This document shows, piece after piece, positions 39,699-51,801 of a stretch of DNA of 64,000 nt; the first letter of the stretch is position 1; each line of letters opens with the position of its first letter. The translations under genes were made by a program, and so were the position numbers. Under the pieces are notes generated by a model that saw only the letters and a list, made by a program, of their open reading frames with translations, was not told where the DNA came from and made no database searches. The DNA is from an uncultured Planctomycetaceae bacterium (GTDB taxonomy: Bacteria > Planctomycetota > Planctomycetia > Planctomycetales > Planctomycetaceae): contig CAWFGE010000022.1 in assembly GCA_963815195.1 (NCBI GenBank), positions 320,001 to 384,000 of the forward strand, in the 5' to 3' direction.

Positions 39699-40772
39699 AT
39701 GACGTTCCCGAACACATCATGGCAAAACCGCGTGCTCTGTTGGACGGGCTTTGCCATCTGCGGAGTCCTCCAGCCCGCCCTCGCCGGCGAACCGGCTTCT
39801 TCCAAAAAGCCGCTCGATCTTCAGATTGAAACCCCGTGGGCGGACGCCGCTCCCGAAGCGTTGCCGATCGATCCGATTACCGGCCCCGGCCATCGGCATG
39901 TGCCCATCGATGTGGACGCCCGGCCCATCGTGCGGCGGTTCAAGCTGAACCTCAACCGCCCCCGCCGGGTGATTCAAGATCCCAGCGGGGCGATCATCAT
40001 CGCCGACTGGGCCGACGGCACCATCGTCAAAGTGGACGACAACGGCGACTCCACGCTGCTTGCGACCGAACTCAACGAACCGGCGGGGTTGGCTTACGAC
40101 CCGTCGGGCAACCTCTATGTCGCCAACCACGGCGGCGGCATGATGCAGCAGGGCAATATCGTCAAAATTTCCCCCGGCGGGGAAGTCCTGCTGTTCGCGG
40201 AAGATTTGAACGGTCCCACCGCCCTCGCGTTCGACGCCCAGGGCGATTTGTACGTCAGCGAGTTTCACGGCAACCGCATTCTGCGGATCACGCCCGGCGG
40301 CATCGTGAATTTGTTCCTCGACAATATCCCCACGCCCGCGGCGCTCGCGTTCGACGTGGGCGGCTATCTCTACACCGCCAGTTCCACTGAGGGCACGGTG
40401 TACCGCATCAGCCCGATGGGAAATATGGAAATCGTGGCGCGAGGTCTCGTCGTCCCGTCCGATCTGGCGTTCGATCCCCAGCGGCATTTGATCGTCACCA
40501 ACTTCGGCGGCACCGAATTGACCTATGTGGACCTGATGGGCACGACGAAAACCTTCGCCATCGTTCCCAAAGGCACCATCGGCATCCAGTTCGACCCCGA
40601 GGGCAACCTGATCTTCGTGAATTGGGACTACCAAACCCTGATGAAGGTCACCACCAACCTCCGCATCCCCTGCCCGCACTGCCAGAAATCGATCCCGCTC
40701 CGATTTAGGCAGCGCCCCAAACCCAAACGGCCCGCCAATTCCGATGCCGATCCGGGCGGCCCGATCATCTGA
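39699..40772 (+). CDS. Exported NHL-repeat beta-propeller protein
   Basis: Repeated P.GLA.D..GNLYV motifs; signal peptide. Confidence 0.85.
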   Translation: MTFPNTSWQNRVLCWTGFAICGVLQPALAGEPASSKKPLDLQIETPWADAAPEALPIDPITGPGHRHVPIDVDARPIVRRFKLNLNRPRRVIQDPSGAIIIADWADGTIVKVDDNGDSTLLATELNEPAGLAYDPSGNLYVANHGGGMMQQGNIVKISPGGEVLLFAEDLNGPTALAFDAQGDLYVSEFHGNRILRITPGGIVNLFLDNIPTPAALAFDVGGYLYTASSTEGTVYRISPMGNMEIVARGLVVPSDLAFDPQRHLIVTNFGGTELTYVDLMGTTKTFAIVPKGTIGIQFDPEGNLIFVNWDYQTLMKVTTNLRIPCPHCQKSIPLRFRQRPKPKRPANSDADPGGPII

Positions 40773-40891
40773 AACCGCCCGCAAAGGTTTGACCACGCTC
40801 CCGTCCCGCCGGTTCGCCGACCGTTTCATCTCTGCAGGCGAACCTCGACAAACCGCGGCATCGGCGATAGGCTAACTTTCAACCTTGGACG

Positions 40892-41923
40892 ATGACCGCC
40901 GACCTCCTTTCCATGACGGGTTCGATGCTCAGTTTTCGCTTTTCTCGCCGATGTGGTTTCTGGATTCAAGGCGCGGGCCGTTCCGCGTTTTGGCTTGTGC
41001 TGTTGTTGGGCTTGGTTTCGCTGACGGGCTGCGGATCGAAGCCGACGGTGACGATCGTGTGCCCGTGGGCTCCGGGCGGCGGGACCGATCAGCTTTCGCG
41101 GTTGGTCGCCGATCAGCTTCAACAGCGGATGGAAACGCCGGTGATCGTCGTCAACCGGGACGGCGGCAGCGGGGCGATCGGGCACACGGCCGTCGCCAAG
41201 GCCGATCCGGATGGCCGCACCATCGGCATGCTTACCGCTGAACTTAGCACGATGCACCAGATGGGCATCTGCGAATTGACCTACCGCGATTACGACTGCC
41301 TGATGCAGCTCAACGGCGACCCGGCCGCGATCCTCGTGAAGAAAGACGCGCCCTGGAAGAACCTGACTGAGTTTTTGGAGCACATCCGCGAGCATCCGGG
41401 CGACGTTAAAATGTCCGGGACGGCCACGGGGGGGCTCTGGGACCTGGCCCGCGTGGGCATGCAGCACAAAGCGGGAATCCCGATCGAGTCGGTGATCTGG
41501 GTGCCCACGAAAGGTGCGGCCCCGTCGCTCGTGCAGTTAATGGGGGGCCACATCGATGGCGTGTGCTGCAGCGTGCCGGAGGCCGCTTCCCAATTGGAAG
41601 CCGGCGAGCTTCGCGTCTTGGCGGTGTTCTCCGAAGACCGCTTGCCCGAATTCCCCGACGATCCCACGGCGAAAGAGCAGGGCCTCGATTGGGTGGCCGT
41701 CGGTTGGCGGGGCCTGGCCTTGCCCAAGGGGACGCCGGAACCCGTCCGCCAAGACCTCTTAAAACACTTGAACGAGATCGCCAAGTCGAAAGAGTTCTTG
41801 GAGTTCATGAAACAGAGCGGCTACCGGGTGACCATCAAAGGCCCAGACGAGTTCACGAAGTTCCTCCAAGAGCAGGAAACGCAATGGAAGCCGATCGTCG
41901 AAGCCGCCGGTTATGCCAAGTGA
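40892..41923 (+). CDS. tctC: Tripartite tricarboxylate transporter substrate-binding lipoprotein
   Basis: PWAPGGGTD, NRDGGSGAIG, PDGRTI, LMGGHID, PTAKEQG; lipobox LTGC; start uncertain. Confidence 0.9.
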   Translation: MTADLLSMTGSMLSFRFSRRCGFWIQGAGRSAFWLVLLLGLVSLTGCGSKPTVTIVCPWAPGGGTDQLSRLVADQLQQRMETPVIVVNRDGGSGAIGHTAVAKADPDGRTIGMLTAELSTMHQMGICELTYRDYDCLMQLNGDPAAILVKKDAPWKNLTEFLEHIREHPGDVKMSGTATGGLWDLARVGMQHKAGIPIESVIWVPTKGAAPSLVQLMGGHIDGVCCSVPEAASQLEAGELRVLAVFSEDRLPEFPDDPTAKEQGLDWVAVGWRGLALPKGTPEPVRQDLLKHLNEIAKSKEFLEFMKQSGYRVTIKGPDEFTKFLQEQETQWKPIVEAAGYAK

Positions 41924-42031
41924 TTTTTATGGATCACAGAATCGTGGACGACAGAATCATATAAAATTGAGACGATCAACGTTTTGCTTGGTTCACCCGC
42001 ATTTCGAGTCTGCCCAAGTTTCTGTGAAAAC

Positions 42032-42565
42032 ATGACAGACCCCCAAACCTCTCCCGAGCCGGGACAACTCAGCCGCCCCGCGGGCACGATGGCCTTCGGC
42101 GGGTTTTTGATCGTGGCGGCGGCTTTGATTCTCTTCTTCGCAAGGGACATCGATTCCGTGGACCGCGGCAACCACGATCCCGGCCCCCGCGCACTGCCCG
42201 TGACTCTGGGCGCGGTGTTATTGGCGGGCGGGTTTTATCAATTGAGCCTCGGCTGGTTCACCCGCAAGCGAACTTCGCTCGATCAAGTCGCCGAACCAGA
42301 TGAAGAAACCGCGGACGTTCCCGAGCCGCACAACATCAACGTGGTCATCACCATCCTCGCGATCATTGGTTATTTGGCGTTCCTGCCTGTGTTGGGGTTT
42401 TCGCTCGTAACCGTGATCTTTGCCGCGTTTTTGATCTGGTGGTTCGGCAGTCCGCTCTGGACGAGCTTGCTCGCAGCGTTGTTGTTAACAGTCTCGGTGC
42501 GCGTGCTGTTCGTGACTTTTTTTCATGTCCAACTGCTCGAAGGCAAACTCGGCCTGCCGTTTTGA
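42032..42565 (+). CDS. tctB: TctB family membrane protein
   Basis: Four to five TM segments, DPGPRALP, LGF; follows tctC. Confidence 0.75.
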   Translation: MTDPQTSPEPGQLSRPAGTMAFGGFLIVAAALILFFARDIDSVDRGNHDPGPRALPVTLGAVLLAGGFYQLSLGWFTRKRTSLDQVAEPDEETADVPEPHNINVVITILAIIGYLAFLPVLGFSLVTVIFAAFLIWWFGSPLWTSLLAALLLTVSVRVLFVTFFHVQLLEGKLGLPF

Positions 42566-42567
42566 GG

Positions 42568-42627
42568 AAGAGCCGCGCACGCAGTAAGCGGGAGTCGCTC
42601 GATCCGCATACTTCGTGCGCGGCTCTT
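42568..42627. repeat. Bare REPIN-like core of the 132-bp element
   Basis: AAGAGCCGCGCACGCAGTAAGCGG / CCGCATACTTCGTGCGCGGCTCTT, short different spacer, no TIR shell; between convergent genes. Confidence 0.8.
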
Positions 42628-42643
42628 TTTTTAGCCGCGTTAA

Positions 42644-45600
42644 TTAGCTCTTCTGGCTCTGGGCTTTTTGGGGGGCGAACTTCGCGAGGGCGGTTTCTTT
42701 GATGCCTCTTAAATCCAGCTTGCCCGTCCCCAGGATGGGGACGGACTCCACTTGCACGAAACAATCCCGCCGGCCGCCAGAGGTTCGGCAGGTTTTGCTC
42801 GTCGAACTTTTTGAGGATCTCGTCCACCGACCGCGGCAGCGGCTTGTGCAGCACGACCAGCTTCTCGCCTTTCTTCTCGTCGGGCACCGAGGTGACGGCG
42901 AGCGCGGCTTCCAGATTCTCGTCTTCCGGAAAGTCCCCTTTGACGATCTCCCGGAGTTGCTCTTCGATCTTGACGTGCGGCACCATCTCGCCGCCAATCT
43001 TGGAGAAGCGGTTCAAACGCCCGGTGAGCGTGATGAATCCCGCCTCATCGATCGTGCCGATGTCGCCCGTGTGATACCAGCCGTCCTTGATGACCTCGGC
43101 GGTTTTCTGCGGCTGGTTGAGGTAGCCCAGCATCACGTTGGGGCCGGAAAACTGCAGAATGCCCGGCGCGCTTGGGCCGAGTTCCTCGCCCGTGTCGGGA
43201 TCGACCACGCGGACGCTGGTGCCGGGAATCGCCCGCCCCACGGTGCCGAATTTGAGGCCGTCCTCTTTGTCGGCGCCCGTTCGCGACTTGGGCACATTCG
43301 CGGCGGCGAGCGGGGACAGTTCCGTCGCTCCGTAGCCTTCGGTGGGCAGGACGCCGAACTTTTTCTGGAACTCGTCCGCCAATTCGCGGGGCAGTTTTTC
43401 CGCTCCGACCACGGCCAGTTCCAGGTGCGCCATTTGCTCCGGCGTGCAGCGTTTGAGGTACGCCCGCAGAAACGTCGGCGTGCCCATGAGGATCGAGACC
43501 TTGTGCGCTTCGCAGAGCTTGCCGACGGTGCGGGCGTCGATCGGATTGAAATGAAACACCGCCCGGATTTCGGTGGTCAACGTCATCCACAACGACAGCG
43601 TAAACCCGAACGAATGAAAGAACGGCATGATGCCCATGATCGAGTCGGTCGATTTCCAATGGAACAAGGCATCGGTGGATTCGATGTTCGACATGACATT
43701 GTTTTGCGAGAGCATCACCCCCTTGGGTTCGCCAGTGGAGCCGGAGGTGAAGATAATCCCCAGCACATCGTCGGGCCGGATTTTTGTGAGCCCGTGCAAT
43801 CGCTCCAGCAGGAACGTGGGCATCCCATAGGCTTGGGCCGCGGCGACGGCTTGATCCGTTTTGGTGACTTTCTCTTTGAGGTCCTCGGCATAGATCGGCT
43901 CGGCCTCCAGCTTGAACGACAGCCTCTCCATGAACTTCCGGCTGGTAATGATGTGCTTGATCCCCGCCGCGCGGATGCAGTGGTTGATGTCTTTTTCGGA
44001 GAGCGTGTAGTTCAGATTCACCGCGACCTTCCGCGAGAGGGCGATCGCGGCATTGATGACCGCGCCCGCGACCGTGGGCGGCAGCAGAACGCCGACCATC
44101 TGTTCCCCCGGCGAAAACACGTGCCGATGGAGCAGCCGTTTCATCACCAGGCTGCCCGCGAGCAGTTTGCCGCCGGTGAGCTCGGCCCCCGACGAATCCG
44201 CGATCTTCACGCGGGACAGGTTCCGCCGGCAGCGGCGAAGAAACCGCCGGGGCGGCACGAGTTGTTTGAGCGGTTGATTCTCCACGGTTTCGACTCCCAA
44301 ATGCTCGACGGCTTGCCGAATTTCATAAACGCTCTCCGGCCCGGTGAGCGGTTTTCCGAACCGCACCGTCACGGGGTAAGGCCACGTCGTCGGTCTTTTC
44401 CAAAACAGCTTCCCCTCGGAATAGCTGAAGATGCTGCCCCACAATCCGCCCAGGTTGACCGGAATCACCGGAATCGTGCTGCCTTCGATGATCCGCATCA
44501 TCCCGCGCTGGAACTCGCCGAGCTGCCCGGTCTTGGTGAGTTCGCCTTCGGGAAATATGCACACGAGTTCGCCATTCTCGGCGGCTTCGCGGGCGGTCTT
44601 TAGGGCTCTCACGATCTCCTTGGGTCCCATTGCGGCGTGTAAGTTAATCACATTGTAAACTTTCGCCATCCACTTCAGAATCCGGCCTTTGAAGAAATCG
44701 ACATCGGCAATAATCCGAACCGCCCTCGGGCAGGCCAACAAGAGCAGCGGCCCGTCGAGCCGGGACACGTGGTTGCACACCAACAGCGCCCCGCCCTGTT
44801 CGGGAATGTTCTCCCGCCCCACAACCTTGAGCCGATAAAACACGAGGCTCACCAGCCACACCGCAAACCGCACCGTGGCATAAGGCAACAGCCACACGAC
44901 ATAAAGCAACACGGGAACCGACAGCAGCCCGGCCATCAAAAAGATCTGGCTCGAGGACAACTTCATCACCTCCCGCATCAGATAGAACAAGCACGAGGAG
45001 ACGATCATCATCGAGAAGGCAAGAAAGTTCGCCGCCGCGAGCACGGTCCCGCGGGTCTGCGATTCGCTCTTGTGCTGCAGAAACGATTCGAGCGGCACGT
45101 TGAAAAATCCCGCCCCCATTCCCAACGTAAATAGGAACGCGCAGCACCACCAGAAGGCGGCGGAATCGGCCACGTCGCGGATGTCGAGGAGCGCCGCCTC
45201 CGCCAATTCCGGCGTGGGCACATGCGTTCCCACAAGGCACAGCAAGACCGAACTGCCGATGATCACCCCCACGCCCAGCGGCACGAGTCCCAACTCGACC
45301 CGCCCGCGGGACAAGAGGCCGGCCGAAACGCTGCCCGCCGCCATGCCGACGACGAGCACCACGAGCATCACCCCCACGCCGGTCTGCCCCAATCCAAACA
45401 CATATTTGCCGAACAATGTGATGTTGCTCTGGGCAAGCGACGCCAGCATCCAGAAAAACGCAATCCCCAATGCCGCCCGCAGCAAGGCGGTCTTCGAGAC
45501 GAGGAATCTCAAGTCGCGGTAGGTTTCCCGCACCGGATTCTTGGAGAGCCTTCGGGACGGGTCGGCGGCGGCGAGCGGGCGAATCAACAGGCTCGCCGCC

Positions 45601-46241
45601 CAGCCGACGGCGGCCGTCCCCACATACGCCGCTAACAGCGGCCATAGCTTTCCCAGTCCTTCCCATCCCGAAACGCCGGTTCCTTTGAGGCATTCGATAA
45701 TCGCCGCGCGGTTGCCTTCATAAAGAGCCAGCCCCGCAAACGTCCCCAGCGCCGCCGAGGTCACGGTGATGAGTCCCATCACCCCGTTGGCGGCGGAGAT
45801 GCGGTCGGCGCGGACCATTTCCGGAATGCTGCCGAACTTCGCCGGCCCGAACAGCGCGCTTTGGCTGCCCATCAGCATCACGACCACGAACAAGAACCAC
45901 ACGCTGCCCGTGGCAATGCCCACGATGCCCAAGACCATCAACACAATCTCGGCAACTTTGCACCACACAATGACCCGCCGCTTGTCGAAGCGGTCGGCCA
46001 GAAACCCCGCAAAGTTCGCGAGCACCAGATAAGGAGCCGTGAACAGCACGGTCCCGAGCATCAGGGCCCGGGCTTCCCCGAACGCCAGCATCCCGATGGG
46101 AATCACCAGCCAGCGAAACATGTTGTCGTTGAGCGCCCCCAGGAACTGGGTGACCAGCAGTCCGCCGAAGCTCCACGACAACACGCCGTCGCGGGCGGAG
46201 TCGGGATGGGTTTTCGTAGCCGTGTCGCCGGGTGTGGTCAT
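42644..46241 (-). CDS. aas: MFS + acyltransferase + AMP-binding fusion (Aas-like); apparent frameshift (~42771)
   Basis: QFLGALNDN, NHVSRLD, IFPEG, FTSGSTGEPKG, EGYGATE, WYHTGD; tail LGTGKLD in another frame. Confidence 0.9.
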
Positions 46242-46484
46242 CAGCGGAAGATTCCAGGAAGGAGAATGCGTCGAACGGGAACTTTTCGCCGGCGCGTTCA
46301 AGTGGCCGGCGGGAGTCTCAGGACGCAGATGGAAACAGAATATCACGCCGGAACCGGAGCGAAAGCCAAAAACGCCGAAATCCGCGGGCGAGGGTTCAAA
46401 GACAAGGGAGCGTGGCCTAAACTGATATTGGCCGTTAAACACGTTTCGATTCTCCGCCCCACACTTCAATCCGGGAGAAACCGC

Positions 46485-47270
46485 ATGGTCCCCCACCGCG
46501 CGATTTGGATTCTTTTTGTTCTGAGCCTCGCCGTCGGCCGTCATGGAATCGCGGAAGACCAGCCCTCAAAATCGGACGCGAAAGACACGCCGCGTTACAC
46601 CGTCAACAAACAGAACCACGATCCCAACGGAATCGGGAAGTTTTACATGGGCCGGGAAATCGCCCATGTCATGGGCTACCGCGCGGCGGACTGGCTGGAG
46701 CGGCCGGAGCGCGAGAAAGAAGAAAGCCTGTCCAAGCTCATCGAGTCTCTGGATCTCAAAGAAGGCATGGCCATCGCCGACATCGGCGCGGGCAGCGGGC
46801 GGATTTCCGCGATGATCAGCCCCAAAGTCGGCCCGACGGGCAAAGTCTTCGCCGTGGACATCCAAAACGAAATGCTCAGCCTCGTCCGTGCCAAAGCCAA
46901 ACAGCGCGGCCTGACGAACATCGAGCCCGTGCTCAGCACGGAAAAATCCCCCAAGCTCAAACCCAACAGCATCGACCTCGCCTTCATGGTCGATGTCTAC
47001 CACGAGTTCAACTTTCCCTACGAGATGACGTTGGAGCTTTCCAAAGCCCTGAAGCCGGGCGGCCGATTGGTGTGGGTGGAATACCGCAAAGAAGATCCCA
47101 AAGTCCGCCGGATGATCAAGCTCGTCCACACCATGACGGAAGCCCAAGTCAAAAAAGAAGCCGAGCAAAAAGAATTCGGCCTCAAATGGAAAAAGACCAT
47201 CGACGTCCTCCCGGTGCAACATGTGATTGTGTTTGAGAAGCAAAAGCCTGATTCATCAGCCAACAAATGA
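46485..47270 (+). CDS. Class I SAM-dependent methyltransferase with signal-like N-terminus
   Basis: YMGREIAHVMG, IADIGAGSG, AVDIQ, VDVYHE. Confidence 0.88.
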   Translation: MVPHRAIWILFVLSLAVGRHGIAEDQPSKSDAKDTPRYTVNKQNHDPNGIGKFYMGREIAHVMGYRAADWLERPEREKEESLSKLIESLDLKEGMAIADIGAGSGRISAMISPKVGPTGKVFAVDIQNEMLSLVRAKAKQRGLTNIEPVLSTEKSPKLKPNSIDLAFMVDVYHEFNFPYEMTLELSKALKPGGRLVWVEYRKEDPKVRRMIKLVHTMTEAQVKKEAEQKEFGLKWKKTIDVLPVQHVIVFEKQKPDSSANK

Positions 47271-47279
47271 TTGAATCCC

Positions 47280-47363
47280 GGCGAGCGGGAGACGTAAGCC
47301 TCCTGTTTACTCCGACCAACCGGAACCTCGACGGAACCAGGAGGCTTACGCCTCCCGCTCGCC
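47280..47363. repeat. REP-like family C variant doublet
   Basis: GGCGAGCGGGAGACGTAAGCCTCCTG / CAGGAGGCTTACGCCTCCCGCTCGCC. Confidence 0.8.
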
Positions 47364-47595
47364 TTTTGTCTTCACAAACGCAAATCGCCGTTACCGTTCT
47401 GAGGGGGGAGAACGATAACGGCGATTGCAAATTCTGGCTGCGTTGTGATATGGAGTTGAGTGGACTTTCCCTCAACATCTTTCGGTATCGGCACGCCGGG
47501 GCCGCGGATTGAGATTTTGTGCTCGACATCCGCTTGAGCGCGTTGAACCGGTCGCATCAATTTCACCCAGGATCCCGGCCGTCGGGTTCGTGCGG

Positions 47596-48393
47596 TCAAA
47601 CGGGCTTGAGACGTTCCAAAACGGCGTCCTTCAGGGCCCGGTTGACGGAGATCCCGTTGCCGCCGTGGATCGTGGCTTCGCCGTTCCAATCCACAAAATG
47701 CCCGCCGGCTTCTTCGAGGATGGGCACAAGCGCGGCTGCGTCCCAGGGGCTCATCAGCGGATCGACGATAAAATCCGCCCGCCCCGTCGCGACCATCGCG
47801 TGGCCGTAGCAATCCCCCCAACCGCGCGTGATCCGCACCTCCCGGCTCAACCGGGCAAATGCATCGAACCGGCCGATCGTGTTCCAGCCCTCGATCTCGG
47901 TAAAGCAGAAGAGAGCCTTTGAAATCTCCGCCGTTTCGGTGACCTGCGTTCTCCGCGGGTTGTCGCCGCCGGTCTGCCACCAGCAGCCGCCGCCTTTCGC
48001 GGCATACACGACTTCATCGAGCGCCGGGAATCGGCAGACGCCCATCACCATCCGCCCGTCCTGCTCCAGGCCGATCAGCGTGCCGAACAGCGGCACCCCA
48101 TGCACGAAAGACTTGGTGCCGTCGATTGGATCGAGAATCCAGCGGCAGCCATTTTGCGAAGGCGTTTCGCCGAACTCCTCCCCCAGGATTCCATCTTCGG
48201 GAAAGCTTTCGTGGATGCGGTTTCGCAAAAGCTCTTCCGCACCGCGGTCCGCCGCGGTCACCGGCGTCTGGTCGGATTTGAGATCCACGGCCAAATCGGC
48301 GTTCTGGTAATACTTCAAAATCAACCCGCCCGCAGCGCGGGCTTCCTGGAGGGCAAATTGCAACCGCCGTCCAATATCTTCTGTGGGAGCCAT
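47596..48393 (-). CDS. hisN: Histidinol-phosphatase, inositol monophosphatase family
   Basis: PVTAADR, GEEFG, WILDPIDGTKSF, WGDCYG, PWDAAA. Confidence 0.85.
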   Translation of the reverse strand: MAPTEDIGRRLQFALQEARAAGGLILKYYQNADLAVDLKSDQTPVTAADRGAEELLRNRIHESFPEDGILGEEFGETPSQNGCRWILDPIDGTKSFVHGVPLFGTLIGLEQDGRMVMGVCRFPALDEVVYAAKGGGCWWQTGGDNPRRTQVTETAEISKALFCFTEIEGWNTIGRFDAFARLSREVRITRGWGDCYGHAMVATGRADFIVDPLMSPWDAAALVPILEEAGGHFVDWNGEATIHGGNGISVNRALKDAVLERLKPV

Positions 48394-48487
48394 GTGTCGT
48401 CTTTCCTGGGGATCGCCTCGCGGGGTTTGGATTCCAATCCGCATGATAGGCGATCGGCTTTTTCCGTCCTAGTCGCGCTGCAGGCGG

Positions 48488-49667
48488 TCAGTGTTTCAGG
48501 ACCTTATACAGCACCCACACCCCCGCGACGGCTAACAGGGCGTTGCCGGTCCACATCCCGAGCGCGGGGTTGATCTGGCCTTTTTTGCCGAGGCTGATCA
48601 TCAACAGCGCGATCGGATAATAGATCAGCAGGATCGGCAGAAAGCACAGAAAGAAGCTCGTCAAGAACTGCCGCCGGCCTTGCAGGATCGAAAACGGCCC
48701 GCCGATCAACACGAAGAAAAAACAGCCTCGTGGACATGGCGAACCGGCCGAAGATCTCCGTCCGCAGCCGATTCAGGTCTTCCTGGGCGAACTTCCGCAT
48801 CTGCGAATAGACGACGTAATCCTCTTCGCACATCCGCTCAAAGTCGCCCAGGAGCAGGGTCATCGCCATCTCGGCGTCTTGCTTTTCATCCAGTTCCCGG
48901 ATGCGGTGCTCGATGCCGTTCATGCGGACGTGCAGCTTTTCGATGGTCGTGTTCCGCGGGCTGGGCTGGCTGACCTCCTGGGGCATGGGGAAGTGTTGGT
49001 CTTCTTTCTCGAACCAACCCCGCCGATGGCCGGGGATGTCGATATGCCCCTTCACGAGGTGCAAGATGACTTGATGCTTTTCCAGGTCGAACTCCAAGGT
49101 GGAGCGGGCCGCCTGCACGGTGATTGTGCTGTGCCCCCGCGGCGCATATTGGAAGGTGGGTTTGATGAGCGTTCTGTCCTCGACGTCGATCACGGTGATC
49201 GAGTAGCCCTGCCGATCGTCCGTCACCTGATGATTGGTGCGGAGCATATCCAGAAAGATGTCTTCCATCGCGAGCGCCACCGTCCGCTGGATGTTGCCCA
49301 CGGCCCAGGGGATCACCTGATCCGTCAGCACCAAGGAGACGATGCTCATCACGATCGACAGCAAAAATGCGGGCCACAACAGCGAGAACACGTTGATGCC
49401 CGCCGCCTTGGCCGCCGTGACTTCCTGATCGCCCGCGATCCGCCCGTAAACCACGCACACCGCCAGCAGCAGCGTCGCGGGGATCGTGAACGGCATCAGG
49501 CTCGGCACGACGAAGGGCAGAATCTGCAGGATCTGGAACGGCCCCAACCCGCTGGCGGCCACTTCCCGAAACACCCCCACGAACACCAGCAACACCGTGA
49601 GCACGCTCAAGAGGAATAAAAACACCTTGAGCAACTCGCACAGAATGTATCGCTGCAGCAAACGCAT
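48488..49667 (-). CDS. LptF/LptG family permease; apparent frameshift (~48726)
   Basis: MRLLQRYIL, YGRIAGDQEVTAAKAAGI; C-terminal TMs in ORF 48488-48712. Confidence 0.88.
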
Positions 49668-49834
49668 GGAGTGTGTTGCGATCGGGCCGGAATATCGGAT
49701 CGCACCCGCAATCCGGGCGCAGTGGGGGCAATGGTTCAGTCGGCGTGGGGTAATAGGCGATTCCGCGAATCGGGTCAATCCCAAGTCGAATATGGCAATG
49801 CGTGTTTCACAGGAAAACTTCCGCAGCGACGACG

Positions 49835-49911
49835 GGTGGCACGTCCCTGAGCACAGCGAAGGGCGTGGCGACCCTCAAGACCACGCCCTTCGCTCCTCAG
49901 GGCGTGCCACC
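49835..49911. repeat. GTGG-type REP doublet (family F)
   Basis: GGTGGCACGTCCCTGAG..GCGAAGGGCGTGG / CCACGCCCTTCGC..CTCAGGGCGTGCCACC. Confidence 0.7.
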
Positions 49912-49947
49912 TGGCCGGTCCCACGGCGGCAAGATGCCGCCGCTACG

Positions 49948-51589
49948 TTAACGCATCGCCTTGGGGCGGACGAACACCAAAAAACGGCCCCGGGCGTAAT
50001 CGCTTTTGTTGAACGTGATGGGATTCAATCCCATCCGCAAGGCGGCGGCCTCGATGAAACGGTCGTTCTCCACCGGCGTCGTCGCGCGGGAGAGGATCAA
50101 CAAATCGTACGGCCGATCGAACTGCTTTTCGATCGTGCCCCAATGAAACAGGATCGCGGGAATGTCGTCCTGCGCGTGGTAGCCCGCGCGGGTGCCTTGC
50201 AGATCCGTGACCACGAACTGAAACGGCCCATACTGCCTGGCCAACCGAACGCCCAACTCCGCCTCGCATTCCCGCCCGGCGTGATAGGTCGTGAAGGCGT
50301 CGATCCAACCGACGCTGACGAACAGCAGAACGATGCAGCCCGACGTGAATGCCGGCGTAATCCACACCCGCTTCGAGCGCTCCGCCCAATCTCCCCAGGC
50401 TTCGAGCAGCGACAAAAACCCGATGGCGGAATAAGGAATCAACGCGAGATACACCGGATAAAAATACCGGCCGTTGATCAGGCCGGACTTCTCGTACAAA
50501 ATCCAGATCCCGCCGGCGAGAGCCAATGCAACGGCCCACAGCGCGCTTCGGTCCCAATTCCACAAACCTCGGCCCGACCAGTACAGGCCAAAAATCAAGA
50601 GTCCCAAGTTGACCTGCTCAAACGCCGAGGCGAATTGCTTCAAATACCGCCGCAGCGTGACGGGTTTCGGCTGGTCCGGCGGCGCGGGTGTGGCGAGCAT
50701 CCCCTTTTTGGGAGTTTTCCTTTGGCTCCGGGCGAGGGCATCGGTCGAGACCGGGCGGGGAAAAATGAAGCTTCTCGTTCATCCAACTCCAGCCGATGAC
50801 GAAATGCCCCAGCCGGCCCCATTGCCATTCGGGTTCCTCCGAGAGCACCGTCAGGTTGATGAGCACGATCAAAGCCGGCGTGATCGCCAGCCACGCCGCC
50901 GCCCCGCCCACAAGGCGTTTGCGGACCTCGGTTCGCCTTAGTCCCTGACGGATTCCCCAAATCGCCAGAGGCAGGATCAACAGCCAGCCTTCGCTGCGCG
51001 TATGGACGGCGAGGGCCATTGCCAACCCGCCTGCGAGAAACCAGCGGAGCCTGGCCTCCGAAACCGTGCGCCGCGTCGAATACAGGCACAAGTGGAACAG
51101 AAACCAAAACGTCGGATCGCGGACCGGCTCGATGCTAAACTCTATAAATTCCGGGTGCACCGCATACAAAAAGCACGCCGCCCAGGCCACGCGGTCGGAA
51201 AACAGCCGCCGGATCCAGCCGAACATCGGCAACACCGCCAGGCTGGAAATCAACACGCTCCACAACTTGCCCGCGGCGATCCACGTCAGCCCCAGCGACT
51301 TCAGGCTCACCAGAATCAGCGGGAAGATGTTGAGGTTCAGGTAGTTAAACGCATAGACCCATTCGCCGTCCCGGCAAGCCGCCGCCGCCGAGATGTAATA
51401 ATACCCATCGTGGCAAACCGACCGCACCAGCCCCGCCATCCAAACCCGCGGCAAGAAGCACAAAAGGAACATCCCGAACAGGCACGCTCCCAGGGGAACC
51501 CGCTGCCCGCCGCGCGGAGGCCCGTCGGCGGGCGATGCGTCCGAGGCCCGTCGCCAAAACGCAGGCAGACTCTGCTTGAGCCACGTCAT
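49948..51589 (-). CDS. GT-C (ArnT/PMT-like, family 39) glycosyltransferase; apparent frameshift (~50755)
   Basis: HDGYYY, many TMs, RDPTFW, TRSEG, GRYFYP across two ORFs; start uncertain. Confidence 0.72.
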
Positions 51590-51801
51590 AAATCGGGACT
51601 TTGCCGAGATGTGAGATGTGAGAGGCGGATCCTCCACGCAATCCCGCACACGGGGCCGCGAGACAAAGACCGGCACGGATTGTCAAGGGGGATCGAATGG
51701 AGGATGGGATTGTGCCCGATTCTCCAAATTCCAGCAAGACGGATTTTCACGAGTCCGCGGGCAAAATCCGGGCGTGGTCTCTGCGACCGCTTTGGCCTCG
51801 C

